A stretch of 64,000 nucleotides of DNA, taken from assembly GCA_951406725.2 (NCBI GenBank), contig OX597824.1:36084001-36148000 (forward strand), read 5' to 3'. A program made the translations under genes and the position numbers. This DNA is from Octopus vulgaris. Its lineage: Eukaryota. The notes under the pieces were generated by a model. The model was not told the DNA's origin. It saw nothing but the letters and a program-made list of their open reading frames with translations, and did not search any database. Of this stretch, positions 1 through 13,960 are shown one piece after another. Within the stretch, counting starts at the first letter, position 1. Every line of letters begins with the position of its first letter.

Positions 1-1699
1 CATTGTGTCCTTGAGTGAGGCATTTCATTGTGCATTGTTCCAGTTTGTTTAGCTGTAATGAGTACCAACCAGTGTTCTGGTGCTGTCTTCTTTCCCTCCA
101 GTTATCAAATCTTAACTGTCTCACTGGGTGAACGATAAACAAGCTGTTAGTCTGCTCACAAGCCGACAAACATCTGAAACTATTTATAAAAGCCTGCAAA
201 ATCTTACTCAACCTTCTTGTATGTGAAGGACAGCTGATTGTACTTTTATATCAAAACATTGTACATAATATATTATTGATTTATTATTTTTTAAATTATT
301 TCTATTAACAATTAAGAATACTTTTCTGACAGAATATCTATGAGAACTCTGCTTTTTAAAGATTTTATTTCAGAAATTGCCAGTAAAATTATATATTTCA
401 ATGAGAATATTCAAATTTTGGAAAGTTTTGCATATATTTCCTTTTTTTATTAATACTATAAATCTATCGAATTTGTTTAAATCTTGGTAACGTTATAGTC
501 ATAACCATATAAATATATTCTTGCACTATATTTTTTTTGTGTATATCACTCATTATATTGCAATGTTTATTTGGAAACAACCTCTTCCACCAAATATAAA
601 TATGCCAATGTAGGAACCCCAACCCAGCTAATAACATGGCTTTTATGTGTTGCTCAACCTGTAAGAAATAACATGAATTTTCCCTAAAATCATACCCTGC
701 TATCTTAAATAGGAAAATACAGTGGGAAATATGATCCTAGATTTATCCAGAAAGACAGAGTGGCCATAGCTGGAATAACTACACCTCTCTGTCCCACTTC
801 ATCTGATGACTCCAAGAACAAGGAAACAACTTTCCCAACATTGCATGAAGCATTTTTGACAGAAAATCTCCTTAATCAAGGTTTGTAGTTGTCAAAATCT
901 GTCTTTGTGAGAGACTTCATATCAAGCAATAGGAAAACACATCTGTCCTAATGTTATCCTCACCCTACGTCCACTCATAGTCATTGTTGCTTGCAATTAA
1001 ATTATTTGCCACAAGCATCGTATCACTGCGGCTTACTTTCACACAGCTGCATTCACACCATGCAATCATACTCAGCACACAAGGTGATACATAACCTGAC
1101 ATTAGCAAACCAGTTATCTCTCCACATAGTAACTACTGTCATTGAATAGCAACTGACACCAATATCTTATCTCCTTTACCACATGGACTTTTTACAGAAA
1201 GAATTGCTATCAGTATCTTGTTGATACCCCCACATGATCTGAACTAACCTACAGAGTTCTAAATATTCTCTCTTAGAAACCACTTCAAAATTTCTTTTAA
1301 TTTTTCTCCACTCTGACGCTGCACACCTGAGAATGAACTTGTGTTCTGTGCTTTAAATAATGTAGAGCTGAGTCAACTTATTATGGAACACGACTCCTAC
1401 TAAATATGTTGAATGCCATTGCCTTTCATTTGTTCAATCCCTTATATGTGTATTTATATGGAATATATAAAGGACAAAGGCATATCAAAGTGAATCATGC
1501 CACGAATTGGTTAGACAGAAATGACACAAAATAGACAGTTAAACAGTCCATTAACATTGCATGGAATGCATCAATGAGGGAAGTTTGCTGTTGTTTGGAA
1601 ATCAACGAATTCAATAGTATCTGAAAATATTCAAAATTATCCAACGATGAATAGAAACTTAAGTGTGGCATAAAAGCATGATAAAAGCATGAGTGCGTT

Positions 1700-4600
1700 A
1701 TCTGGTTTTGCTACAATTGTTTCATTAGGAGTCTTTATTATGACATAAGCATAATACAGTTAGTTAGATTGCATAATATGTTACATAATTCCAAACTCAT
1801 CAGGTTACCAAATAAACAAATGAACATTGACTTACTAACTAATCAACAGATCATCAACAAGTAGAATTTCAAATCAGAATTACCAACATTTAAGAAATTT
1901 AAAGTGTTTGATATGTATCCAATTTTTCAAACTATAGAAGTGGGTTGCAGAAGAAGGTTGTGAATATAACGACAGTTAAAGACATTAATATTCTAATGAA
2001 GTCATTAAACCTACCAATCTTGTCCAAAAAGGTCAGAACTTATTTGAATACAGCAGATATTAGGCAGTGAGTATGACATTTGACTCTATCAAAACATTTT
2101 TAAAAGCAGCTGTTAATGCTGCTCCAAAAAAACAGTTATGGCATTATATGAATTTAAAGCCATTAGTTGTTCATTCGCTTAATTAATTTCAAGAGAAGGG
2201 TTCTGAAAAAGAATTTAATAGAGATCCAGCTAATTATTACACAGGGACAATATTTTAGGGCAAAAGTGTAGATTAGCTAAGTTCTCTGTGAAATCTCAGA
2301 AGAGAGGGAGGGAAAAGAAAGACATAAAAGATACAAAATAAGATAAATCAAATGGAGAGAAAAAAATTAGCTAGAAAGTTGTCCAAGCTCTGACAGAAAG
2401 ATGGTATTGGCATAAGCAATTAAAAATAACGTGGACTCTAGGAAAATGAAAGTTGTATAGGTAATACAGTATGTTAAAAATATAAATTTATGAAATTATG
2501 CAGGTTGACCAATGAACTATATAGATATTAGTTTATTAGCTGCAATGAATCTGTCAGTTGAAAGCCCAGAGCTTAATTGAGAAAGAATAGTAGGACCAAT
2601 GAACACAACAGATAAACCAAAGAACCACTAAACACAAAAATTTCCATAAATTATTTAGAATAAAGTAGATGAGTTAAACCATACAAGTACAGTAGAAGAT
2701 AATCATTATCTAATGATTTAAAATTATTGAGATAAATAAAGAAATGTTAAAAGAGTTTATAAGATTTATAATAGTTATAGATGCTCTATACACTATATCT
2801 GTAACTAGGGAAGATGATGCAGTTAGCATAAAGATAACTCAATGCTAGTAGTAATTTGAAAAAGTTATTACGTTAAATAATGTAAATAATATAAAATATA
2901 TATTACGATCATCACTATCTAATTGTAACAACAACAACAGCAGCAGCAGCAGCTATAATAATAATAATGATATAGTGGATGATAATAATGGCAAAGTTCA
3001 TAACAACAGCAATAATAATATCAATAATGCTGATAATTATGTTAACACTGATGATAATAGTATAATGAGTAACTATCATTTGCATAACAATTCATATATT
3101 AAATACTAATAACAGTAATAATGAAAACAATAACAATAATAAGAGATATACTGATGTGAATGGTTGTGATAATAGTTAAGGTAATAGCTACAACTGTAGT
3201 AACTGTAATAATAATGGTAACATATACAATTATTTTGGAGTTTACTGAACTAAATGATGCTTATAATAATACCAATATGAACTTTAGTAATACTGGTGTT
3301 GAAGGAGTGACTATCACCGATAACACTTCTACCGATTATGATTGCATGCAACATAATGGTATGAATTATGTAACTCATTATGTTCTCATTCCAAAGTTAT
3401 CTAGATTATGTAATTTTAGACAAAAATTTGAATGCCCACTAGAAATCAAATGCCTGACCAAAAACATTGTATATAAATGTAAATCTAGAACTAATCTACA
3501 TACATTTATTTACATGGGTTCTACTTCTTTCAAATTAAGACTACATAATCATCTTATCTCCTTTAGAAGGAGAGATTAAGTAAAAACAGCATTGCTCTCC
3601 ACAAAGGTCTGGGGTTTAAAAGACAAAATGTTGATTTTCATATAATGTGGAGCATCACTAGACATGCTAAACTATTTGTTAGTGATAAATATTGTTATAA
3701 TCTCTGATGTATGGAAATGCTGGAAATCATAACTCATAAACTGGATGAACTAAGGATCAAATACCTACTATCTATGAGAAGAACTTTGTTTTACTTTAAA
3801 CCAATTCTATAGGTCTTCCTTGGATGCTGAATGCCTATCTACAAATCTATGTTATAGCCCTTAATCACAAGTAATAATTATCTTTATGTAACTTAGCATA
3901 TCTCAATACTATTATGGTTGTAACTAAGCATATTCAAACTACCCTAGCGTACACTTAGTTCTAACAAAAGGTACTGATGAGTGTAATACATATTTTAAAT
4001 TATTTGTATTAATGTGATAACTTTTTCAATTTACTTCTAGCACTGGGATATCTTTATGATAACTGCATCACCTTCCCTGGTTACAGACCTTATAATTTTG
4101 TATAATTTATTATAATCTTATAAACTCTCTTAATACTAATTAGCATATAGAGCATCTATAACTATTATAAATCTTATAAACGCTTTTAACATTTCCTTAT
4201 TAATCTCAATAATATCAAATCATTAGGTAATGATTATCTCCTACTGTACTTGTATGATTTAACTCATCTACTTTATTCTAAATAATTTGTGGCAATTTTG
4301 GTAAATACAAACATTATGGTTATTTATTGTGCTTATTGGTTCTTTCGTTTATCTGTCATGTTTATTGGTCCTACTTTTCTTTCTCAATTAAGCTCTGGGC
4401 TTTCAACTGATAGATTTATTGCAGCTCATTAACTAATATCTATATAGTTCGTTGATCAACCTGCAAAATTTCATGAATTTATATCTTTAAGTTAACACAC
4501 TGTATTACCTATACAACTTTAATTTTCCCAGAGTTCACATTTATTTGATTGTTTATGCCAATACCATCTTCTTGTCAGTGCTTGGACAACTTTCTATCTA

Positions 4601-5325
4601 ATTTTTTTCTCTACATTTGATTTATCTTATTTTGTATCTTTTACGTCTTTCTTTTCACTCCTTGTCCTTCTTTTCACTCCCAGTCCTTCTTTTCCCTCCC
4701 GTTCCTCTGAAATTTCACAGAGAACTTAGCTAATCTATACTTTTGCCCTAAAATATTTTTCATGAAATAATTAACTGGATCTCCATTAAATGATGGTAAT
4801 ATTCTATTAGTTCAGTTATATTTTTTCAGAACACTTCTCTCAAGAATAATTAAGCGAATGAACAACTAACGTTGACTTTAAATTCATATAATGCCATAAC
4901 AGTTTTTTTTGGAGCATCTGCTTTTAAAAATGTTTTGATAGGGTGAAATGTCATACTCACTGCCTTATATCTGCTGTATTCAAATAAGTTCTGGCCTTTG
5001 TGGACAAGATTAGTAGGTTTAATGACTTCATTAGAATATTAATGTCTTTAACTGTCATTATATTTACGACCATCTTCTGCTATCCACTTCAATAGTTTGA
5101 CAGATTGGATACATATCACTCACTTTAAATTTCTTAAATGTGAGTAATTCTGATTTGAAATTCCATTTGCTGATGATCTGTTTATTAATCAGTAAGTCAG
5201 TGCTCATTTGTTTATTTGGTAGCTTAATGAGTTTGGAATTATGTAGCATCTTATGCAATCTAACTTACTGTATTATGCTTATGTAAAATAAAGACTCCTA
5301 ATGAAATAATCGTAGCAAAACCAGA
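1700..5325 (+). mobile_element. Truncated Penelope-like element relic with long inverted arms
   Basis: Arms about 1700-2915 and 3972-5325 are reverse complements. The spacer encodes a GIY-YIG relic (CPLEIKCLTKNIVYKCK...YMGSTSFKLRLHNHLISF) at about 3410-3730. Confidence 0.8.
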
Positions 5326-5922
5326 AAACACATTTATTTGTTTTACTGCATGTGTGTGTATTCATACACATACATACATATACATACATACATACACATA
5401 CACATACATACACATACATACACATACATACACATTCACTTACACTCACGTAGACTTATATATCATAAAGAAAACTAACTGCGACATGCAGATATAATGG
5501 TTCAGAGGTAAATGCAAAACTTTTTCATTCCTGACTTCCTAAAAATTTTGTTCCTTACACATTTTAAACTTTATTCCATTTCAATTTTTCTATTTATTTA
5601 TTTTCTTTCATGATTTATTCTATTTAATAAAGCAAATATTTATAATAGACTTGACTGACCACAAAATATTTCCTCAAATTAAGTTACTTTTTTCTGTTTC
5701 TGATGGTCTCAGTTTATTTGAAACCTGGTAGTATTGTGGAAACAATAACTTTCCAGTACGAGATGGCTGGGGCAGTAGGGCACTACATTAAACTCATTAA
5801 TACATGAATGTGTATATACATACATGTATGTATGTCTGCTTCATAGATGAGATCTAAATGTTCTCTCTGTATAGAATACACTTAGTAGTGCTCAAGAGAT
5901 TTAAACTTGAGCAGGTCAAGAG

Positions 5923-6035
5923 GTAAATATAGGGAAAGCAAGTTAGACAGATCAATATATAAAGCATATTAAATATTAAATATATTTAATATAATTTATA
6001 TATTGATCTGTCCAACTTGCTTTCCCTACATTTAC
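5923..6035. repeat. Near-perfect palindrome (about 50 bp arms)
   Basis: gtaaatatagggaaagcaagttagacagatcaatatataaa ... tttatatattgatctgtccaacttgctttccctacatttac. Confidence 0.9.
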
Positions 6036-6339
6036 TTACACACACACACACATACACACACACACACACATGTATATATACACACATATTTATGTATACA
6101 CGTATGTATATATTAATGCAAATATTTATGTACATATGTATCGATGCATGAATGTATGTATGTATGTCTTGATTTAACTGAGACCTCGGACTTCTGCTTT
6201 ACTGGCTTTTATAAGAGAAATACCTAAGGTCCCAGTCAAAATTAAACTTTCTTTATTTTATAGAGTCTCACCATCAGCAAATGCTTTTGCTGTTTTTCAA
6301 CATTATTAATAAAATATTATAATGCATTTATACTTACAT

Positions 6340-6395
6340 GCATACATACATACATACATACATACATACATACACACATACATATATGTGTTGTG

Positions 6396-6462
<67 letters not shown>

Positions 6463-6492
6463 CTTGAAATATATATATATGTATATATATAT

Positions 6493-6570
<78 letters not shown>
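6340..6570. repeat. Compound microsatellite (TACA/TA/GA)
   Basis: Directly visible; source of spurious YIYI ORFs. Confidence 0.95.
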
Positions 6571-6572
<2 letters not shown>

Positions 6573-6850
6573 CATGTGACAATTAGTTGGTTGTCATTAA
6601 AAAAACTCAGAGTTTCGGATACCAGGGCTGAAGCCTACTCCAGCATCTCATCAGTTATTAAGAAATAACGCCATCTTAGTATTTTGTCTAAATAACTGAT
6701 GAGATGCCAGTGTAGGCTTCAGCCCCGGTATCTGAAACTCTGAGGTTTATTATGACAACCAACTAATTGTCACATATTTTATTTCTAGATAAATTCCTCT
6801 ATTTTACATAATATCGAGGTCTCATTCATTCTTTTGCTGTCATATTATTA
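6571..6850. mobile_element. Palindromic hammerhead-bearing Penelope-derived element in a (TA)n tract
   Basis: Arms 6574-6659 and 6691-6775 are inverted; each carries CTGATGA...GAAACTCTGAG. Tail 6765-6845 matches the reverse complement of 60345-60420. Confidence 0.75.
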
Positions 6851-6853
6851 TTA

Positions 6854-6893
<40 letters not shown>

Positions 6894-7789
6894 AATGTTT
6901 ATTTTGATAATTATTTTTATGTTAATTTATATAATATAGAACAATTTAACATTAAGTTGTTAAGTAGAGAACATGTTATTAAAATTTTACAAGTAGAAGG
7001 AGACTGTGACATTGAAATTTTGACCTCCTAGCCTTCATCAAATTGCTCTACATTTAGATTCCTTTTAGCTTTGCATAGTCACTGGTCAGTTGTTTTTCTT
7101 GGGTAGATGGACCTATATGAAACCATGGTTAGGATGCTATGTGTAGGTCTGGAAAATAGATGTGTAGGAAATAGGATAGAAGAGGATAGAAGGAAAGTAT
7201 GGTTGTAGGATGTAGGCTAATAGAAAAATTATTGTTGCGAGATTTTGTTTGACCGTAAGTGGAATTGTACTGTTGTTTAGATTTCAATCAAGCATGGAAT
7301 TAACTTTGTATACTGATGTATCCAATTTAGGCATGTCAAATTCAGATCATGAGATCTTTGTATAGAAAGTTGCATTTCAGGGTTCACAAAATAATGCTTG
7401 TATATGAGTTAGTCAAGTATGTTCAACTTAAGTTGGCTTATTTGATGTTTAATTTCCATTTGGAAATTCTAAACTTTGCAAGATAGGCTTTGATTAGTAT
7501 TTATCGAGGTTCTCTAGTTGATTTTCACTGTGGTTATTTGCTTTTAAATTACATTATTTTAGACAGATGCATACGTGTTACTTCAGGGTATTATGCACAC
7601 ACACACACACACACATGCAGGCACACACATACACAAACACTGACAAATGTGTATGTATATATGTATATATATATATATATATATAAATGCATGTGTGTGT
7701 GTACATACATGAACAACATAAACCATCATATTTATGTGATCTTGTTTGTGCATGATATATAATTGCTCGAGCAACCACCTATATGTATA

Positions 7790-8215
7790 TAAATCATTAT
7801 AGATGTGTATATTGAAACTGATGACTGTTCTGGTCCAGGCACGACTGATAACACAAAGCAATGGAATTGCAAACATCAAGAAACATTTCATTTGATATTT
7901 GTACACATTCTTGTTTAATGACTGCTCCTGGTAAATTATCATAATGTTCCTCCATAATACATGGCCTCAGTAGGTGCAATTCTCTCTTTGCCCTTTACTC
8001 TTTTACTTGTTTCAATCATTTGACTGTGATCATGCTGGAGCACTGCCTTTTAGTCAAGCAAATCGACCCCAGGACATATTCTTTGTTAGCCTAGTACTTA
8101 TTCTATCGGTCACTTTTGCCGAACTGCTAAGTTACAGGGACATAAATACACCAGCATCTGTTGTCAAGCGATGCTGGGGGAACAAACACAGACACACAAA
8201 CATATGCACACACAT

Positions 8216-8252
<37 letters not shown>

Positions 8253-8306
8253 ATTAAAATCTTATGTAGGATAAAATTTTTCAAAAAAAATTCTATCAAT
8301 GGCCAG

Positions 8307-8350
<44 letters not shown>

Positions 8351-9030
8351 TGCGACAGCTTTCTTTCAGTTTCCATCTACCAAATCCACTCACAAGGCTT
8401 TGATCGGCCCGAGGCTGTAGTAGAAGACACTTACCCAAGGTGCCACACAGTGGGACTAAACCCAGAACCATGTGGTTGGTAAGCAAGCTACTTACTACAC
8501 AGCCACTCCTATGCCTATGGCAATTGTGGAAACTAATTAAGCCATTTAATTTAAATGTAGCCTCATCACCTCAAACAATCTTTGTTGGAATGTGTGCATC
8601 TTGTACTCATCATGTCAAGTTCTACTTACAAAACTCTACTCTGCAGTCTGGATCATCTTCATTGAGAATATGGACTAGTCTTGGAATGTAACTCTTCCAA
8701 TGACAGAACTTCAAGATGTGAATAAGACTTGGTTTTGGAATTCTCATCTCATGACTTGCTTGCAACACAAATTTTCTTAAACTCTAGCTATATGTTTCTA
8801 GTAGTCATTTTTTGCTTTGTGGGGCTCATTGATGTCTGCCTTATTTTTGGAATGTTTCTTGTGGACGTTTCTGAAATGCTCCATCTGTTTCAAACTTATC
8901 ACTAATTCAAGTGATGGTAAGTCGCATGGCTCGGTCTATTTGAAACTCACTTCCAAACTATCTTTGCACTGTGACGGAACTGTCTTTTCAAACTTTCAGT
9001 TGCAACACAAAATGAATTTTAGCTGTTCAA
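7790..9030 (-). mobile_element. Decayed Tc1/mariner-superfamily transposase (rosa/DD41D-like), interrupted by a SINE
   Basis: Minus strand reads YIPRLVHILNEDDPDCRVEFC...GDEATFKLNGLISFHNCH and C-terminal CVQISNEMFLDVCNSI...CLDQNSHQFQ; contains stops. Confidence 0.65.
7995..8515 (-). mobile_element. tRNA-derived SINE family A (central microsatellite)
   Basis: Reverse complement of the full copy at 19028-19443. Confidence 0.85.
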
Positions 9031-9154
9031 AACTTAGTCTGGCTGGCTTCATCATTTCAAATGTGTTAAATCTAAAAGGAAATAAAAATTAAGTTAGTTA
9101 ACAGCAGCTAAAATGTGTATACATTTTTGTGGGGACAAGTTACACATACACATG

Positions 9155-9215
<61 letters not shown>

Positions 9216-9244
9216 ACGCACACACATGCATGCACACATGTTCT

Positions 9245-9828
<584 letters not shown>

Positions 9829-12402
9829 TTTTCTTTTACTTGTTTCAATCATTTGACTGTGGCAATGCAGAAGCACCACCTTGAAGGGTTTTAGTCAAAC
9901 AAATGAACCCCAGGACTTATTTGTTAAACCTAGTATTTATTCTATTGATATCATTTGCTGAACTGCTAAGTTATGGGCATGTAAACACACCAACACCAAC
10001 AACAGTGGTAATGGGGAAACAAACACAGACAATCCACTCAACCTTTTCTCATATATATGTATGAGAAAACTCAACATTTTCTTCACCTTTTCTCATATAT
10101 ATATATATATATATTTATATATATGTATATATATGTGTATGTGTGTGTGTGTGTGTGTGTATGTATTTGTGCATCTGTGCTTGTCCCTCCACCATCTCTT
10201 GACAACTGATGTTGGGATGTTTACATCTCTATAACTTAGTGGTTCAGCAAAAGAGGCCAATAGAATAAGTATAGGCTTACAAAAAATAAGTTCTGGCGTT
10301 GATTTGCTCGACTAAAGGTGATACTCTAGCATGGTCACAGTCAACTGATTGAAGCAAAGAAAAGAATAAAAGAATAAAAGAATGTATATATATTTCATGA
10401 TACACACTCATTCTGTTTTTTTGTTGGACTAGACTCATAATAAGCTGATTGATACTAAAGAGCTAAATGTTTGAAAGCATACTGATCCTAAGAATTTTAG
10501 AAACTTATACCTTAGAAATAATTTTTTTTTTAATATAATTCTAATTAGCTGTTGTTGTTAATTACAGTTGAAAAATTAGAATTAAAACCAGTATTTCATG
10601 TTTGCTTTTAATCTAATGAAATATTTATTACAGAAACACCTACTCATACTCAACACACATTTACACTCCTGCTAATATAATGGATTTGAATTCAGTGTAA
10701 TTTAATAATTTGTAAGCTCAAGCTGCCTTCAGTAGCTTCTAACATATCTTACCAATATAGTCAGATAATCTCATTAAATTCAATCAATTCATCTTGTAAT
10801 CAAGTTGGGTTATTTGTTTATCGACTCAGAACTAGAGCTCAATAAAGCATATATAGTCTAGAGATAAAATTATAGATAACTAAATTTCCCACATTTTGGT
10901 TAAGAGTAAACTAACCAATAATTTTAACCAACATCATATATAATTGAATTACACTTCAAATAATCAATATTCCTAATGAATGCATTTAGTTCCCCACTTC
11001 TATTACTTTTCATCCACACTCCCACCCTCACTTCTAAAATGTGGATAGCCAAGTAGCTTTTCTACAGCAAGGAACCTACTTTGCTCTGGTTCTTTTCTCT
11101 AATACTTTACTTTTCTCTACTTCATATTCTCCCCTTCAGTTCATAATCTTTGAAGCCTCTTGACAATCTCATTTATACCGGTGGTATGTAGAAATTACCC
11201 AGTACACATTGTAAAGTGGTTGGTGTTAGGAAGAGCATCCAGCCATAGACACCTTACCAAATAGACACTGGTGTACAATGTAGTCCTCCAGCCCATTGGC
11301 TCCTGTCAGACCATCCAACCCATACCAGCATGAAACATGGACATTAAATGACGAATGTTGATGCTAACTATATATTCTCAAAATTGCATCTAACATTTCA
11401 TTAAATTCTATCAAATTTATATCAATGTTAGATTAGATTCAAATCTTACTTGTAAAGAAACTGAAGATATAGCAAACAGATATGTTAAAAAACCACAGTA
11501 CTTTTTAATACTAGTAATATCTGTTGGTCAAATAGTTTTTTAAATCTCTCTTTTTTAATATTCTTTCCTTTTCCTAGATTCCTCCCATAAATCTTTTGTT
11601 TGTAATTTGTACAAACTATAACATACCTAAGGAATATCCAATGGCTGTCATTTTTTTGTCAATAAAGAACACCTCCTACCATTAGCCAATGTGTATTTAT
11701 AATCCTTTACACTGGTGAATTACGTGTGTTATGAACACACATCATCTAAAAAGAGGAGGAGTTCTTTATATCAATGGAACACAATAGCGATCAGATATTC
11801 ACATTCAGATCTGTCAGAATGTATTAAGAATAAATAGATGTGTTATTGATGGGATTCTCACAGTTCTGTGGTACACTCCATGAATTATTTTTTACAAATA
11901 AGTGAGATAGTTGAATATTTGCTGAGTTGAATATATGCTGAGTCAGCTTATCCTGAACCAACAGTTCATATTCTGTTCTGTTAATCTGTTCCACGGCAAT
12001 ATATTTCTTATCTACATCTTTCTACCAGAAGAATATGGGCATTAGCTGTCTTAGAAATTTTTGTGGCTCTTGTATCACTCAAAATCATAACAACTTGTCA
12101 TTGAATGATTTTTAAAAAAGTGAGGAATGGAATATTACCTCGTATTATGTTCCATTTTCAAAAGAATGTCAAAACAAGAATTGCACACAAATTTTTTAAA
12201 TTTCTACACGTACCAAAAATTTTAATACCAGTAATAATTGATCTGCTGGCAATAATAAAATAATATCAATTATAATGATGTTCATGAAGTAGGTTGAGTG
12301 ATCATATTAATTACCCTAGTACCACAAACAACAATAACAATAATAATAATAATGGTGCTAATAAAGATTGTAATAGTATTGATGATCATCATAATGACTA
12401 TG

Positions 12403-12460
<58 letters not shown>

Positions 12461-12462
12461 TG
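12403..12462. repeat. (AAT)n microsatellite within a degenerate trinucleotide region
   Basis: Directly visible; explains poly-Ile ORFs. Confidence 0.95.
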
Positions 12463-13059
12463 ATTAGGTGTATGGAAAACACTTGGCGAGAAATGGAAGA
12501 AAATTTGAAGAAAGAAGGAAAAAACATAACAACAACAACGACAACAATAATAATAACAATAATTATAGTAATATTAACACAGTTGATAAAAAAAGTAAAT
12601 GCAGCATAAGGATAAAAAAAGTTAGAAATAATAAACTTCTAATATCAAAGATAGCAATTTTGTACCTGTATCTAAGAATTCTTCCTTGACAACCTTAATA
12701 AAAACATTGTAACTGTAGAGTGAAAGCTATTTGTTCACCCAATGGTCACTACAAATGTAATAATGTAGTTTATAAATCTACTGTTAAACCCCATAACTTT
12801 TTAAAATTCTCTATTAGTTCTCCTAATTTTTGGGGAAAAAATATTACTTGCATTGCCATTTATTTTCTAAAGACACCCTAAAGAATTCTACATCCCTTGT
12901 TGAATATGTTTCAGTTTGAAAGCTCAAATGTTCCTCATGAATTGCTATAGTCCATATTAAAATTAGCAAATTCTTATCTAAGCAGTAGAAAAAATCTGCT
13001 AACCATGTGGATGTGAGATTCTAAAGATAATTAAAGCTGACCCAAATAATTTGTTGAAT

Positions 13060-13545
13060 TTGTTGAAGCAGTTGATAGCTTCCATTACCTAGGTGACCAA
13101 GTCAGTAGGGGAGGGGAAGCTCTGGGAGTGTAGCTGCTCGAATAAGAATAGGCTAGGCAAAGTTCAGAGAACTCCTGCCTCTGCTGGTAATAAAGGAGCT
13201 CTCCCTCAGAGTGAAAGGTAGACTATATGATGCCTGTGTGCAAACAGCCATGCTACACAGCAGTGAAGCATGGGCTATGAGTGCTGAGGACATGTGTAGA
13301 CTTGAAAGAAATGCAGCTAGTATGCTCTGCTGGATATGTAATGTCAGTGTGCATGCATGACAGAGTGTAAGCATCCTGAGAGAGAAGTTGGACATAAGAA
13401 GTATCAGATGCTGTGTGCAAGAAAAACAATTGCGCTGGTATGGGCATGTCATGTGTGCAGATGAGAACAGCTGTGTGAAAAAGCGTCACTCCCTAATGGT
13501 GGAGGGAACCTGTGGAAGAGGTTGACCCAGGAAGATATGGGAGCA
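13060..13545 (+). mobile_element. RTE-clade LINE RT C-terminal fragment
   Basis: VDSFHYLGDQ...KGRLYDACVQTAMLHSSEAW...LRWYGHVM...GRG*PRKIWE. Confidence 0.85.
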
Positions 13546-13655
13546 ATGTGAAATGAAATGCTTTGCTCAAGAAAACAATGTGCAGCTAGTCTGGGAATCA
13601 AACCCATGATCTAATGATTGTGAGTACAACAATCCTATCAACTAGGTCACATGCC

Positions 13656-13699
<44 letters not shown>

Positions 13700-13706
<7 letters not shown>

Positions 13707-13960
13707 CTTAGTGGTTAGGGCATTAGGCTTATGATTGTAAGGTTGTGAGTTCAGTTACTGACAACGTGTTGTATCCTTGAGCAAAATGCTTTATTTTCAC
13801 AGTGTTCCAGTTTACTCAGCTGGCAAAAATGAGTAGCACCTGTATTTCAAAGCCTTGTCACACTCTTTGCTATGCTGAATCTCCCTGATAACTATGTTAA
13901 GGGTACACATGTCTGTGAAATGCTCAGCCACTTGCATATTAATTTCTCAAGCAGGCAGCT
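13700..13960 (+). mobile_element. tRNA-derived SINE family C
   Basis: A-box tggcttagtgg and B-box-like gagttcagtt; homologous copies at 21380-21690, 1-60 and 20600-20745 (-). Confidence 0.75.

Noticed and set aside
800-835. CTGATGA...GAAAC hammerhead-like motif (also CTGATGG...GAAACCTGGTA at about 5700)
   Set aside because: No credible stem I or II pairing
12282-12689. Poly-Ile/Asn ORFs
   Set aside because: (AAT)n microsatellite; also at 50475-50759
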